Positions 35,985-50,900 of a stretch of DNA of 64,000 bases are shown in pieces (the first letter of the stretch is position 1; each line of letters starts with the position of its first letter). This stretch comes from Euprymna scolopes (taxonomy: Eukaryota). A program made the translations under genes and the position numbers. The notes under the pieces were generated by a model that saw only the letters and a list, made by a program, of their open reading frames with translations, had not been told where the DNA came from and searched no databases. The DNA lies in the NCBI GenBank assembly GCA_053919585.1, contig CM132783.1; one strand, 5' to 3'.

Positions 35985-38900
35985 TTGTTCGGGACCATGC
36001 CGGGTCGTATCGATGGAATTGTTCGTATCATGTTTGTGATCCTGTCCGATCGTATCGACGAAATTGTTCGGGACCATTCCGGGTCGTATCGATAAAATTG
36101 TTCGCATCATGTTTGTGATCCTGTCCGATCGTATCGACGAAATTGTTCGGGACCATGCCGGGTCGTATCGATGGAATTGTTCGCATCATGTTTGTGATCC
36201 TGTCCGATCGTATCGACGAAATTGTTCGGGACCATGCCGGGTCGTATCGATGGAATTGTTCGTATCATGTTTGTGATCCTGTCCGATCGTATCGACGAAA
36301 TTGTTCGGGACCATGCCGGGTCGTATCGATGGAATTGTTCGTATCATGTTTGTGATCCTGTCCGATCGTATCGACGAAATTGTTCGGGACCATTCCGGGT
36401 CGTATCGATAAAATTGTTCGCATCATGTTTGTGATCCTGTCCGATCGTATCGACGAAATTGTTCGGGACCATGCCGGGTCGTATCGATGGAATTGTTCGT
36501 ATCATGTTTGTGATCCTGTCCGATCGTATCGACGAAATTGTTCGGGACCATGCCGGGTCGTATCGATGGAATTGTTCGTATCATGTTTGTGATCCTGTCC
36601 GATCGTATCGACGAAATTGTTCGGGACCATTCCGGGTCGTATCGATAAAATTGTTCGCATCATGTTTGTGATCCTGTCCGATCGTATCGACGAAATTGTT
36701 CGGGACCATGCCGGGTCGTATCGATGGAATTGTTCGTATCATGTTTGTGATCCTGTCCGATCGTATCGACGAAATTGTTCGGGACCATTCCGGGTCGTAT
36801 CGATAAAATTGTTCGCATCATGTTTGTGATCCTGTCCGATCGTATCGACGAAATTGTTCGGGACCATGCCGGGTCGTATCGATGGAATTGTTCGTATCAT
36901 GTTTGTGATCCTGTCCGATCGTATCGACGAAATTGTTCGGGACCATGCCGGGTCGTATCGATGGAATTGTTCGTATCATGTTTGTGATCCTGTCCGATCG
37001 TATCGACGAAATTGTTCGGGACCATGCCGGGTCGTATCGATGGAATTGTTCGTATCATATTTGTGATCCTGTCCGATTGTATCGACGAAATTGTTCGGGA
37101 CCATGCCGGGTCGTATCGATAAAATTGTTCGCATCATGTTTGTGATCCTGTCCGATCGTATCGACGAAATTGTTCGGGACCATGCCGGGTCGTATCGATG
37201 GAATTGTTCGTATCATGTTTGTGATCCTGTCCGATCGTATCGACGAAATTGTTCGGGACCATGCCGGGTCGTATCGATGGAATTGTTCGTATCATGTTTG
37301 TGATCCTGTCCGATCGTATCGACGAAATTGTTCGGGACCATGCCGGGTCGTATCGATGGAATTGTTCGTATCATGTTTGTGATCCTGTCCGATCGTATCG
37401 ACGAAATTGTTCGGGACCATTCCGGGTCGTATCGATGGAATTGTTCGTATCATGTTTGTGATCCTGTCCGATCGTATCGACGAAATTGTTCGGGACCATG
37501 CCGGGTCGTATCGATGGAATTGTTCGTATCATGTTTGTGATCCTGTCCGATCGTATCGACGAAATTGTTCGGGACCATTCCGGGTCGTATCGATGGAATT
37601 GTTCGTATCATGTTTGTGATCCTGTCCGATCGTATCGACGAAATTGTTCGGGACCATTCCGGGTCGTATCGATGGAATTGTTCGTATCATGTTTGTGATC
37701 CTGTCCGATCGTATCGACGAAATTGTTCGGGACCATTCCGGGTCGTATCGATGGAATTGTTCGTATCATGTTTGTGATCCTGTCCGATCGTATCGACGAA
37801 ATTGTTCGGGACCATGCCGGGTCGTATCGATGGAATTGTTCGTATCATGTTTGTGATCCTGTCCGATCGTATCGACGAAATTGTTCGGGACCATGCCGGG
37901 TCGTATCGATGGAATTGTTCGTATCATGTTTGTGATCCTGTCCGATTGTATCGACGAAATTGTTCGGGACCATTCCGGGTCGTATCGATAAAATTGTTCG
38001 CATCATGTTTGTGATCCTGTCCGATCGTATCGACGAAATTGTTCGGGACCATGCCGGGTCGTATCGATAGAATTGTTCGCATCATGTTTGTGATCCTGTC
38101 CGATCGTATCGACGAAATTGTTCGGGACCATGCCGGGTCGTATCGATGGAATTGTTCGTATCATGTTTGTGATCCTGTCCGATCGTATCGACGAAATTGT
38201 TCGGGACCATGCCGGGTCGTATCGATGGAATTGTTCGTATCATGTTTGTGATCCTGTCCGATCGTATCGACGAAATTGTTCGGGACCATTCCGGGTCGTA
38301 TCGATAAAATTGTTCGCATCATGTTTGTGATCCTGTCCGATCGTATCGACGAAATTGTTCGGGACCATGCCGGGTCGTATCGATAGAATTGTTCGCATCA
38401 TGTTTGTGATCCTGTCCGATCGTATCGACGAAATTGTTCGGGACCATGCCGGGTCGTATCGATGGAATTGTTCGTATCATGTTTGTGATCCTGTCCGATC
38501 GTATCGACGAAATTGTTCGGGACCATTCCGGGTCGTATCGATAAAATTGTTCGCATCATGTTTGTGATCCTGTCCGATCGTATCGACGAAATTGTTCGGG
38601 ACCATGCCGGGTCGTATCGATAAAATTGTTCGCATCATGTTTGTGATCCTGTCCGATCGTATCGACGAAATTGTTCGGGACCATTCCGGGTCGTATCGAT
38701 AGAATTGTTCGCATCATGTTTGTGATCCTGTCCGATCGTATCGACGAAATTGTTCGGGACCATTCCGGGTCGTATCGATAAAATTGTTCGCATCATGTTT
38801 GTGATCCTGTCCGATCGTATCGACGAAATTGTTCGGGACCATGCCGGGTCGTATCGATAGAATTGTTCGCATCATGTTTGTGATCCTGTCCGATCGTATC

Positions 38901-41900
38901 GACGAAATTGTTCGGGACCATGCCGGGTCGTATCGATGGAATTGTTCGTATCATGTTTGTGATCCTGTCCGATCGTATCGACGAAATTGTTCGGGACCAT
39001 TCCGGGTCGTATCGATAAAATTGTTCGCATCATGTTTGTGATCCTGTCCGATCGTATCGACGAAATTGTTCGGGACCATGCCGGGTCGTATCGATAGAAT
39101 TGTTCGCATCATGTTTGTGATCCTGTCCGATCGTATCGACGAAATTGTTCGGGACCATGCCGGGTCGTATCGATGGAATTGTTCGTATCATGTTTGTGAT
39201 CCTGTCCGATCGTATCGACGAAATTGTTCGGGACCATTCCGGGTCGTATCGATAGAATTGTTCGTATCATGTTTGTGATCCTGTCCGATCGTATCGACGA
39301 AATTGTTCGGGACCATGCCGGGTCGTATCGATAGAATTGTTCGCATCATGTTTGTGATCCTGTCCGATCGTATCGACGAAATTGTTCGGGACCATGCCGG
39401 GTCGTATCGATGGAATTGTTCGTATCATGTTTGTGATCCTGTCCGATCGTATCGACGAAATTGTTCGGGACCATTCCGGGTCGTATCGATAAAATTGTTC
39501 GCATCATGTTTGTGATCCTGTCCGATCGTATCGACGAAATTGTTCGGGACCATGCCGGGTCGTATCGATAGAATTGTTCGCATCATGTTTGTGATCCTGT
39601 CCGATCGTATCGACGAAATTGTTCGGGACCATGCCGGGTCGTATCGATGGAATTGTTCGTATCATGTTTGTGATCCTGTCCGATCGTATCGACGAAATTG
39701 TTCGGGACCATGCCGGGTCGTATCGATGGAATTGTTCGTATCATATTTGTGATCCTGTCCGATTGTATCGACGAAATTGTTCGGGACCATGCCGGGTCGT
39801 ATCGATAAAATTGTTCGCATCATGTTTGTGATCCTGTCCGATCGTATCGACGAAATTGTTCGGGACCATGCCGGGTCGTATCGATGGAATTGTTCGTATC
39901 ATGTTTGTGATCCTGTCCGATCGTATCGACGAAATTGTTCGGGACCATGCCGGGTCGTATCGATGGAATTGTTCGTATCATGTTTGTGATCCTGTCCGAT
40001 CGTATCGACGAAATTGTTCGGGACCATGCCGGGTCGTATCGATGGAATTGTTCGTATCATGTTTGTGATCCTGTCCGATCGTATCGACGAAATTGTTCGG
40101 GACCATTCCGGGTCGTATCGATGGAATTGTTCGTATCATGTTTGTGATCCTGTCCGATCGTATCGACGAAATTGTTCGGGACCATGCCGGGTCGTATCGA
40201 TGGAATTGTTCGTATCATGTTTGTGATCCTGTCCGATCGTATCGACGAAATTGTTCGGGACCATTCTGGGTCGTATCGATGGAATTGTTCGTATCATGTT
40301 TGTGATCCTGTCCGATCGTATCGACGAAATTGTTCGGGACCATTCCGGGTCGTATCGATGGAATTGTTCGTATCATGTTTGTGATCCTGTCCGATCGTAT
40401 CGACGAAATTGTTCGGGACCATTCCGGGTCGTATCGATGGAATTGTTCGTATCATGTTTGTGATCCTGTCCGATCGTATCGACGAAATTGTTCGGGACCA
40501 TGCCGGGTCGTATCGATGGAATTGTTCGTATCATGTTTGTGATCCTGTCCGATCGTATCGACGAAATTGTTCGGGACCATGCCGGGTCGTATCGATGGAA
40601 TTGTTCGTATCATGTTTGTGATCCTGTCCGATTGTATCGACGAAATTGTTCGGGACCATTCCGGGTCGTATCGATAAAATTGTTCGCATCATGTTTGTGA
40701 TCCTGTCCGATCGTATCGACGAAATTGTTCGGGACCATGCCGGGTCGTATCGATAGAATTGTTCGCATCATGTTTGTGATCCTGTCCGATCGTATCGACG
40801 AAATTGTTCGGGACCATGCCGGGTCGTATCGATGGAATTGTTCGTATCATGTTTGTGATCCTGTCCGATCGTATCGACGAAATTGTTCGGGACCATGCCG
40901 GGTCGTATCGATGGAATTGTTCGTATCATGTTTGTGATCCTGTCCGATCGTATCGACGAAATTGTTCAGGACCATTCCGGGTCGTATCGATAAAATTGTT
41001 CGCATCATGTTTGTGATCCTGTCCGATCGTATCGACGAAATTGTTCGGGACCATGCCGGGTCGTATCGATAGAATTGTTCGCATCATGTTTGTGATCCTG
41101 TCCGATCGTATCGACGAAATTGTTCGGGACCATGCCGGGTCGTATCGATGGAATTGTTCGTATCATGTTTGTGATCCTGTCCGATCGTATCGACGAAATT
41201 GTTCGGGACCATTCCGGGTCGTATCGATAAAATTGTTCGCATCATGTTTGTGATCCTGTCCGATCGTATCGACGAAATTGTTCGGGACCATGCCGGGTCG
41301 TATCGATAAAATTGTTCGCATCATGTTTGTGATCCTGTCCGATCGTATCGACGAAATTGTTCGGGACCATTCCGGGTCGTATCGATAGAATTGTTCGCAT
41401 CATGTTTGTGATCCTGTCCGATCGTATCGACGAAATTGTTCGGGACCATTCCGGGTCGTATCGATAAAATTGTTCGCATCATGTTTGTGATCCTGTCCGA
41501 TCGTATCGACGAAATTGTTCGGGACCATGCCGGGTCGTATCGATAGAATTGTTCGCATCATGTTTGTGATCCTGTCCGATCGTATCGACGAAATTGTTCG
41601 GGACCATGCCGGGTCGTATCGATGGAATTGTTCGTATCATGTTTGTGATCCTGTCCGATCGTATCGACGAAATTGTTCGGGACCATTCCGGGTCGTATCG
41701 ATAAAATTGTTCGCATCATGTTTGTGATCCTGTCCGATCGTATCGACGAAATTGTTCGGGACCATGCCGGGTCGTATCGATAGAATTGTTCGCATCATGT
41801 TTGTGATCCTGTCCGATCGTATCGACGAAATTGTTCGGGACCATGCCGGGTCGTATCGATGGAATTGTTCGTATCATGTTTGTGATCCTGTCCGATCGTA

Positions 41901-44900
41901 TCGACGAAATTGTTCGGGACCATTCCGGGTCGTATCGATAGAATTGTTCGTATCATGTTTGTGATCCTGTCCGATCGTATCGACGAAATTGTTCGGGACC
42001 ATGCCGGGTCGTATCGATAGAATTGTTCGCATCATGTTTGTGATCCTGTCCGATCGTATCGACGAAATTGTTCGGGACCATGCCGGGTCGTATCGATGGA
42101 ATTGTTCGTATCATGTTTGTGATCCTGTCCGATCGTATCGACGAAATTGTTCGGGACCATTCCGGGTCGTATCGATAAAATTGTTCGCATCATGTTTGTG
42201 ATCCTGTCCGATCGTATCGACGAAATTGTTCGGGACCATGCCGGGTCGTATCGATAGAATTGTTCGCATCATGTTTGTGATCCTGTCCGATCGTATCGAC
42301 GAAATTGTTCGGGACCATGCCGGGTCGTATCGATGGAATTGTTCGTATCATGTTTGTGATCCTGTCCGATCGTATCGACGAAATTGTTCGGGACCATGCC
42401 GGGTCGTATCGATGGAATTGTTCGCATCATGTTTGTGATCCTGTCCGATCGTATCGACGAAATTGTTCGGGACCATGCCGGGTCGTATCGATGGAATTGT
42501 TCGTATCATGTTTGTGATCCTGTCCGATCGTATCGACGAAATTGTTCGGGACCATTCCGGGTCGTATCGATAAAATTGTTCGCATCATGTTTGTGATCCT
42601 GTCCGATCGTATCGACGAAATTGTTCGGGACCATGCCGGGTCGTATCGATGGAATTGTTCGTATCATGTTTGTGATCCTGTCCGATCGTATCGACGAAAT
42701 TGTTCGGGACCATGCCGGGTCGTATCGATGGAATTGTTCGTATCATGTTTGTGATCCTGTCCGATCGTATCGACGAAATTGTGCGGGACCATGCCGGGTC
42801 GTATCGATGGAATTGTTCGTATCATGTTTGTGATCCTGTCCGATCGTATCGACGAAATTGTTCGGGACCATTCCGGGTCGTATCGATAAAATTGTTCGTA
42901 TCATGTTTGTGATCCTGTCCGATCGTATCGACGAAATTGTTCGGGACCATGCCGGGTCGTATCGATGGAATTGTTCGTATCATGTTTGTGATCCTGTCCG
43001 ATCGTATCGACGAAATTGTTCGGGACCATGCCGGGTCGTATCGATGGAATTGTTCGTATCATGTTTGTGATCCTGTCCGATCGTATCGACGAAATTGTTC
43101 GGGACCATTCCGGGTCGTATCGATAAAATTGTTCGCATCATGTTTGTGATCCTGTCCGATCGTATCGACGAAATTGTTCGGGACCATGCCGGGTCGTATC
43201 GATGGAATTGTTCGTATCATGTTTGTGATCCTGTCCGATCGTATCGACGAAATTGTTCGGGACCATTCCGGGTCGTATCGATAAAATTGTTCGCATCATG
43301 TTTGTGATCCTGTCCGATCGTATCGACGAAATTGTTCGGGACCATGCCGGGTCGTATCGATGGAATTGTTCGTATCATGTTTGTGATCCTGTCCGATCGT
43401 ATCGACGAAATTGTTCGGGACCATTCCGGGTCGTATCGATAAAATTGTTCGCATCATGTTTGTGATCCTGTCCGATCGTATCGACGAAATTGTTCGGGAC
43501 CATGCCGGGTCGTATCGATGGAATTGTTCGTATCATGTTTGTGATCCTGTCCGATCGTATCGACGAAATTGTTCGGGACCATGCCGGGTCGTATCGATGG
43601 AATTGTTCGTATCATGTTTGTGATCCTGTCCGATCGTATCGACGAAATTGTTCGGGACCATTCCGGGTCGTATCGATAAAATTGTTCGCATCATGTTTGT
43701 GATCCTGTCCGATCGTATCGACGAAATTGTTCGGGACCATGCCGGGTCGTATCGATGGAATTGTTCGTATCATGTTTGTGATCCTGTCCGATCGTATCGA
43801 CGAAATTGTTCGGGACCATTCCGGGTCGTATCGATAAAATTGTTCGCATCATGTTTGTGATCCTGTCCGATCGTATCGACGAAATTGTTCGGGACCATGC
43901 CGGGTCGTATCGATGGAATTGTTCGTATCATGTTTGTGATCCTGTCCGATCGTATCGACGAAATTGTTCGGGACCATTCCGGGTCGTATCGATAAAATTG
44001 TTCGTATCATGTTTGTGATCCTGTCCGATCGTATCGACGAAATTGTTCGGGACCATGCCGGGTCGTATCGATGGAATTGTTCGTATCATGTTTGTGATCC
44101 TGTCCGATCGTATCGACGAAATTGTTCGGGACCATGCCGGGTCGTATCGATGGAATTGTTCGTATCATGTTTGTGATCCTGTCCGATCGTATCGACGAAA
44201 TTGTTCGGGACCATGCCGGGTCGTATCGATGGAATTGTTCGTATCATGTTTGTGATCCTGTCCGATCGTATCGACGAAATTGTTCGGGACCATGCCGGGT
44301 CGTATCGATGGAATTGTTCGTATCATGTTTGTGATCCTGTCCGATCGTATCGACGAAATTGTTCGGGACCATGCCGGGTCGTATCGATGGAATTGTTCGT
44401 ATCATGTTTGTGATCCTGTCCGATCGTATCGACGAAATTGTTCGGGACCATGCCGGGTCGTATCGATGGAATTGTTCGTATCATGTTTGTGATCCTGTCC
44501 GATCGTATCGACGAAATTGTTCGGGACCATTCCGGGTCGTATCGATAAAATTGTTCGCATCACGTTTGTGATCCTGTCCGATCGTATCGACGAAATTGTT
44601 CGGGACCATGCCGGGTCGTATCGATGGAATTGTTCGTATCATGTTTGTGATCCTGTCCGATCGTATCGACGAAATTGTTCGGGACCATTCCGGGTCGTAT
44701 CGATAAAATTGTTCGCATCATGTTTGTGATCCTGTCCGATCGTATCGACGAAATTGTTCGGGACCATGCCGGGTCGTATCGATGGAATTGTTCGTATCAT
44801 GTTTGTGATCCTGTCCGATCGTATCGACGAAATTGTTCGGGACCATTCCGGGTCGTATCGATAAAATTGTTCGTATCATGTTTGTGATCCTGTCCGATCG

Positions 44901-47900
44901 TATCGACGAAATTGTTCGGGACCATGCCGGGTCGTATCGATGGAATTGTTCGTATCATGTTTGTGATCCTGTCCGATCGTATCGACGAAATTGTTCGGGA
45001 CCATGCCGGGTCGTATCGATGGAATTGTTTGTATCATGTTTGTGATCCTGTCCGATCGTATCGACGAAATTGTTCGGGACCATGCCGGGTCGTATCGATG
45101 GAATTGTTCGTATCATGTTTGTGATCCTGTCCGATCGTATCGACGAAATTGTTCGGGACCATGCCGGGTCGTATCGATGGAATTGTTCGTATCATGTTTG
45201 TGATCCTGTCCGATCGTATCGACGAAATTGTTCGGGACCATGCCGGGTCGTATCGATGGAATTGTTCGTATCATGTTTGTGATCCTGTCCGATCGTATCG
45301 ACGAAATTGTTCGGGACCATGCCGGGTCGTATCGATGGAATTGTTCGTATCATGTTTGTGATCCTGTCCGATCGTATCGACGAAATTGTTCGGGACCATG
45401 CCGGGTCGTATCGATGGAATTGTTCGTATCATGTTTGTGATCCTGTCCGATCGTATCGACGAAATTGTTCGGGACCATGCCGGGTCGTATCGATGGAATT
45501 GTTCGTATCATGTTTGTGATCCTGTCCGATCGTATCGACGAAATTGTTCGGGACCATTCCGGGTCGTATCGATAAAATTGTTCGCATCATGTTTGTGATC
45601 CTGTCCGATCGTATCGACGAAATTGTTCGGGACCATGCCGGGTCGTATCGATGGAATTGTTCGTATCATGTTTGTGATCCTGTCCGATCGTATCGACGAA
45701 ATTGTTCGGGACCATGCCGGGTCGTATCGATGGAATTGTTCGTATCATGTTTGTGATCCTGTCCGATCGTATCGACGAAATTGTTCGGGACCATTCCGGG
45801 TCGTATCGATAAAATTGTTCGCATCATGTTTGTGATCCTGTCCGATCGTATCGACGAAATTGTTCGGGACCATGCCGGGTTGTATCGATGGAATTGTTCG
45901 TATCATGTTTGTGATCCTGTCCGATCGTATCGACGAAATTGTTCGGGACCATGCCGGGTCGTATCGATGGAATTGTTCGTATCATGTTTGTGATCCTGTC
46001 CGATCGTATCGACGAAATTGTTCGGGACCATGCCGGGTCGTATCGATGGAATTGTTCGCATCATGTTTGTGATCCTGTCCGATCGTATCGACGAAATTGT
46101 TCGGGACCATGCCGGGTCGTATCGATGGAATTGTTCGTATCATGTTTGTGATCCTGTCCGATCGTATCGACGAAATTGTTCGGGACCATGCCGGGTCGTA
46201 TCGATGGAATTGTTCGCATCATGTTTGTGATCCTGTCCGATCGTATCGACGAAATTGTTCGGGACCATGCCGGGTCGTATCGATGGAATTGTTCGTATCA
46301 TGTTTGTGATCCTGTCCGATCGTATCGACGAAATTGTTCGGGACCATGCCGGGTCGTATCGATGGAATTGTTCGTATCATGTTTGTGATCCTGTCCGATC
46401 GTATCGACGAAATTGTTCGGGACCATTCCGGGTCGTATCGATGGAATTGTTCGTATCATGTTTGTGATCCTGTCCGATCGTATCGACGAAATTGTTCGGG
46501 ACCATTCCGGGTCGTATCGATGGAATTGTTCGCATCATGTTTGTGATCCTGTCCGATCGTATCGACGAAATTGTTCGGGACCATGCCGGGTCGTATCGAT
46601 GGAATTGTTCGTATCATGTTTGTGATCCTGTCCGATCGTATCGACGAAATTGTTCGGGACCATGCCGGGTCGTATCGATGGAATTGTTCGTATCATGTTT
46701 GTGATCCTGTCCGATCGTATCGACGAAATTGTTCGGGACCATGCCGGGTCGTATCGATGGAATTGTTCGTATCATGTTTGTGATCCTGTCCGATCGTATC
46801 GACGAAATTGTTCGGGACCATGCCGGGTCGTATCGATGGAATTGTTCGTATCATGTTTGTGATCCTGTCCGATCGTATCGAGGAAATTGTTCGGGACCAT
46901 TCCGGGTCGTATCGATGGAATTGTTCGCATCATGTTTGTGATCCTGTCCGATCGTATCGACGAAATTGTTCGGGACCATGCCGGGTCGTATCGATGGAAT
47001 TGTTCGTATCATGTTTGTGATCCTGTCCGATCGTATCGACGAAATTGTTCGGGACCATGCCGGGTCGTATCGATGGAATTGTTCGTATCATGTTTGTGAT
47101 CCTGTCCGATCGTATCGACGAAATTGTCTGGGACCATTCCGGGTCGTATCGATGGAATTGTTCGTATCATGTTTGTGATCCTGTCCGATCGTATCGACGA
47201 AATTGTTCGGGACCATTCCGGGTCGTATCGATAAAATTGTTCGCATCATGTTTGTGATCCTGTCCGATCGTATCGACGAAATTGTTCGGGACCATGCCGG
47301 GTCGTATCGATGGAATTGTTCGTATCATGTTTGTGATCCTGTCCGATCGTATCGACGAAATTGTTCGGGACCATGCCGGGTCGTATCGATGGAATTGTTC
47401 GCATCATGTTTGTGATCCTGTCCGATCGTATCGACGAAATTGTTCGGGACCATGCCGGGTCGTATCGATGGAATTGTTCGCATCATGTTTGTGATCCTGT
47501 CCGATCGTATCGACGAAATTGTTCGGGACCATGCCGGGTCGTATCGATGGAATTGTTCGTATCATGTTTGTGATCCTGTCCGATCGTATCGACGAAATTG
47601 TTCGGGACCATGCCGGGTCGTATCGATGGAATTGTTCGTATCATGTTTGTGATCCTGTCCGATCGTATCGACGAAATTGTTCGGGACCATTCCGGGTCGT
47701 ATCGATAAAATTGTTCGCATCATGTTTGTGATCCTGTCCGATCGTATCGACGAAATTGTTCGGGACCATGCCGGGTCGTATCGATGGAATTGTTCGTATC
47801 ATGTTTGTGATCCTGTCCGATCGTATCGACGAAATTGTTCGGGACCATGCCGGGTCGTATCGATGGAATTGTTCGTATCATGTTTGTGATCCTGTCCGAT

Positions 47901-50900
47901 CGTATCGACGAAATTGTTCGGGACCATGCCGGGTCGTATCGATGGAATTGTTCGCATCATGTTTGTGATCCTGTCCGATCGTATCGACGAAATTGTTCGG
48001 GACCATGCCGGGTCGTATCGATGGAATTGTTCGTATCATGTTTGTGATCCTGTCCGATCGTATCGACGAAATTGTTCGGGACCATGCCGGGTCGTATCGA
48101 TGGAATTGTTCGTATCATGTTTGTGATCCTGTCCGATCGTATCGACGAAATTGTGCGGGACCATGCCGGGTCGTATCGATGGAATTGTTCGTATCATGTT
48201 TGTGATCCTGTCCGATCGTATCGACGAAATTGTTCGGGACCATGCCGGGTCGTATCGATGGAATTGTTCGTATCATGTTTGTGAACCTGTCCGATTGTAT
48301 CGACGAAATTGTTCGGGACCATGCCGGGTCGTATCGATGGAATTGTTCGCATCATGTTTGTGATCCTGTCCGATCGTATCGACGAAATTGTTCGGGACCA
48401 TGCCGGGTCGTATCGATGGAATTGTTCGTATCATGTTTGTGATCCTGTCCGATCGTATCGACGAAATTGTTCGGGACCATGCCGGGTCGTATCGATGGAA
48501 TTGTTCGTATCATGTTTGTGATCCTGTCCGATCGTATCGACGAAATTGTTCGGGACCATGCCGGGTCGTATCGATGGAATTGTTCGTATCATGTTTGTGA
48601 TCCTGTCCGATCGTATCGACGAAATTGTTCGGGACCATTCCGGGTCGTATCGATAAAATTGTTCGCATCATGTTTGTGATCCTGTCCGATCGTATCGACG
48701 AAATTGTTCGGGACCATGCCGGGTCGTATCGATGGAATTGTTCGTATCATGTTTGTGATCCTGTCCGATCGTATCGACGAAATTGTTCGGGACCATGCCG
48801 GGTCGTATCGATGGAATTGTTCGTATCATGTTTGTGATCCTGGCCGATCGTATCGACGAAATTGTTCGGGACCATGCCGGGTCGTATCGATGGAATTGTT
48901 CGCATCATGTTTGTGATCCTGTCCGATCGTATCGACGAAATTGTTCGGGACCATGCCGGGTCGTATCGATGGAATTGTTCGCATCATGTTTGTGATCCTG
49001 TCCGATCGTATCGACGAAATTGTTCGGGACCATGCCGGGTCGTATCGATGGAATTGTTCGTATCATGTTTGTGATCCTGTCCGATCGTATCGACGAAATT
49101 GTTCGGGACCATGCCGGGTCGTATCGATGGAATTGTTCGTATCATGTTTGTGATCCTGTCCGATCGTATCGACGAAATTGTGCGGGACCATGCCGGGTCG
49201 TATCGATGGAATTGTTCGTATCATGTTTGTGATCCTGTCCGATCGTATCGACGAAATTGTTCGGGACCATGCCGGGTCGTATCGATGGAATTGTTCGTAT
49301 CATGTTTGTGATCCTGTCCGATCGTATCGACGAAATTGTTCGGGACCATGCCGGGTCGTATCGATGGAATTGTTCGCATCATGTTTGTGATCCTGTCCGA
49401 TCGTATCGACGAAATTGTTCGGGACCATGCCGGGTCGTATCGATGGAATTGTTCGTATCATGTTTGTGATCCTGTCCGATCGTATCGACGAAATTGTTCG
49501 GGACCATGCCGGGTCGTATCGATGGAATTGTTCGTATCATGTTTGTGATCCTGTCCGATCGTATCGACGAAATTGTTCGGGACCATTCCGGGTCGTATCG
49601 ATAAAATTGTTCGCATCATGTTTGTGATCCTGTCCGATCGTATCGACGAAATTGTTCGGGACCATGCCGGGTCGTATCGATGGAATTGTTCGTATCATGT
49701 TTGTGATCCTGTCCGATCGTATCGACGAAATTGTTCGGGACCATGCCGGGTCGTATCGATGGAATTGTTCGCATCATGTTTGTGATCCTGTCCGATCGTA
49801 TCGACGAAATTGTTCGGGACCATGCCGGGTCGTATCGATGGAATTGTTCGTATCATGTTTGTGATCCTGTCCGATCGTATCGACGAAATTGTGCGGGACC
49901 ATGCCGGGTCGTATCGATGGAATTGTTCGTATCATGTTTGTGATCCTGTCCGATCGTATCGACGAAATTGTTCGGGACCATTCCGGGTCGTATCGATAAA
50001 ATTGTTCGCATCATGTTTGTGATCCTGTCCGATCGTATCGACGAAATTGTTCGGGACCATGCCGGGTCGTATCGATGGAATTGTTCGTATCATGTTTGTG
50101 ATCCTGTCCGATCGTATCGACGAAATTGTTCGGGACCATGCCGGGTCGTATCGATGGAATTGTTCGCATCATGTTTGTGATCCTGTCCGATCGTATCGAC
50201 GAAATTGTTCGGGACCATGCCGGGTCGTATCGATGGAATTGTTCGTATCATGTTTGTGATCCTGTCCGATCGTATCGACGAAATTGTGCGGGACCATGCC
50301 GGGTCGTATCGATGGAATTGTTCGTATCATGTTTGTGATCCTGTCCGATCGTATCGACGAAATTGTTCGGGACCATGCCGGGTCGTATCGATGGAATTGT
50401 TCGTATCATGTTTGTGATCCTGTCCGATCGTATCGACGAAATTGTTCGGGACCATGCCGGGTCGTATCGATGGAATTGTTCGCATCATGTTTGTGATCCT
50501 GTCCGATCGTATCGACGAAATTGTTCGGGACCATGCCGGGTCGTATCGATGGAATTGTTCGTATAATGTTTGTGATCCTGTCCGATCGTATCGACGAAAT
50601 TGTTCGGGACCATGCCGGGTCGTATCGATGGAATTGTTCGTATCATGTTTGTGATCCTGTCCGATCGTATCGACGAAATTGTTCGGGACCATGCCGGGTC
50701 GTATCGATGGAATTGTTCGTATCATGTTTGTGATCCTGTCCGATCGTATCGACGAAATTGTTCGGGACCATGCCGGGTCGTATCGATGGAATTGTTCGTA
50801 TCATGTTTGTGATCCTGTCCGATCGTATCGACGAAATTGTTCGGGACCATTCCGGGTCGTATCGATGGAATTGTTCGTATCATGTTTGTGATCCTGTCCG

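Noticed and set aside
35991-36003. Minus strand of the monomer contains CCGGCATGGTCCC, identical to the start of the HDV genomic ribozyme
   Set aside because: There is no P1 3' strand, P3/L3 or J4/2 on that strand, so the nested double pseudoknot cannot form. Treated as coincidence.
35988-36004. CENP-B box-like TTCG...CGGG in the monomer
   Set aside because: The spacing is 9 nt, whereas the canonical box is TTCG-N4-A-N2-CGGG (7 nt).
36050-36063. Satellite-encoded hammerhead suggested by GACGAAA
   Set aside because: No CUGANGA box on either strand of the monomer.
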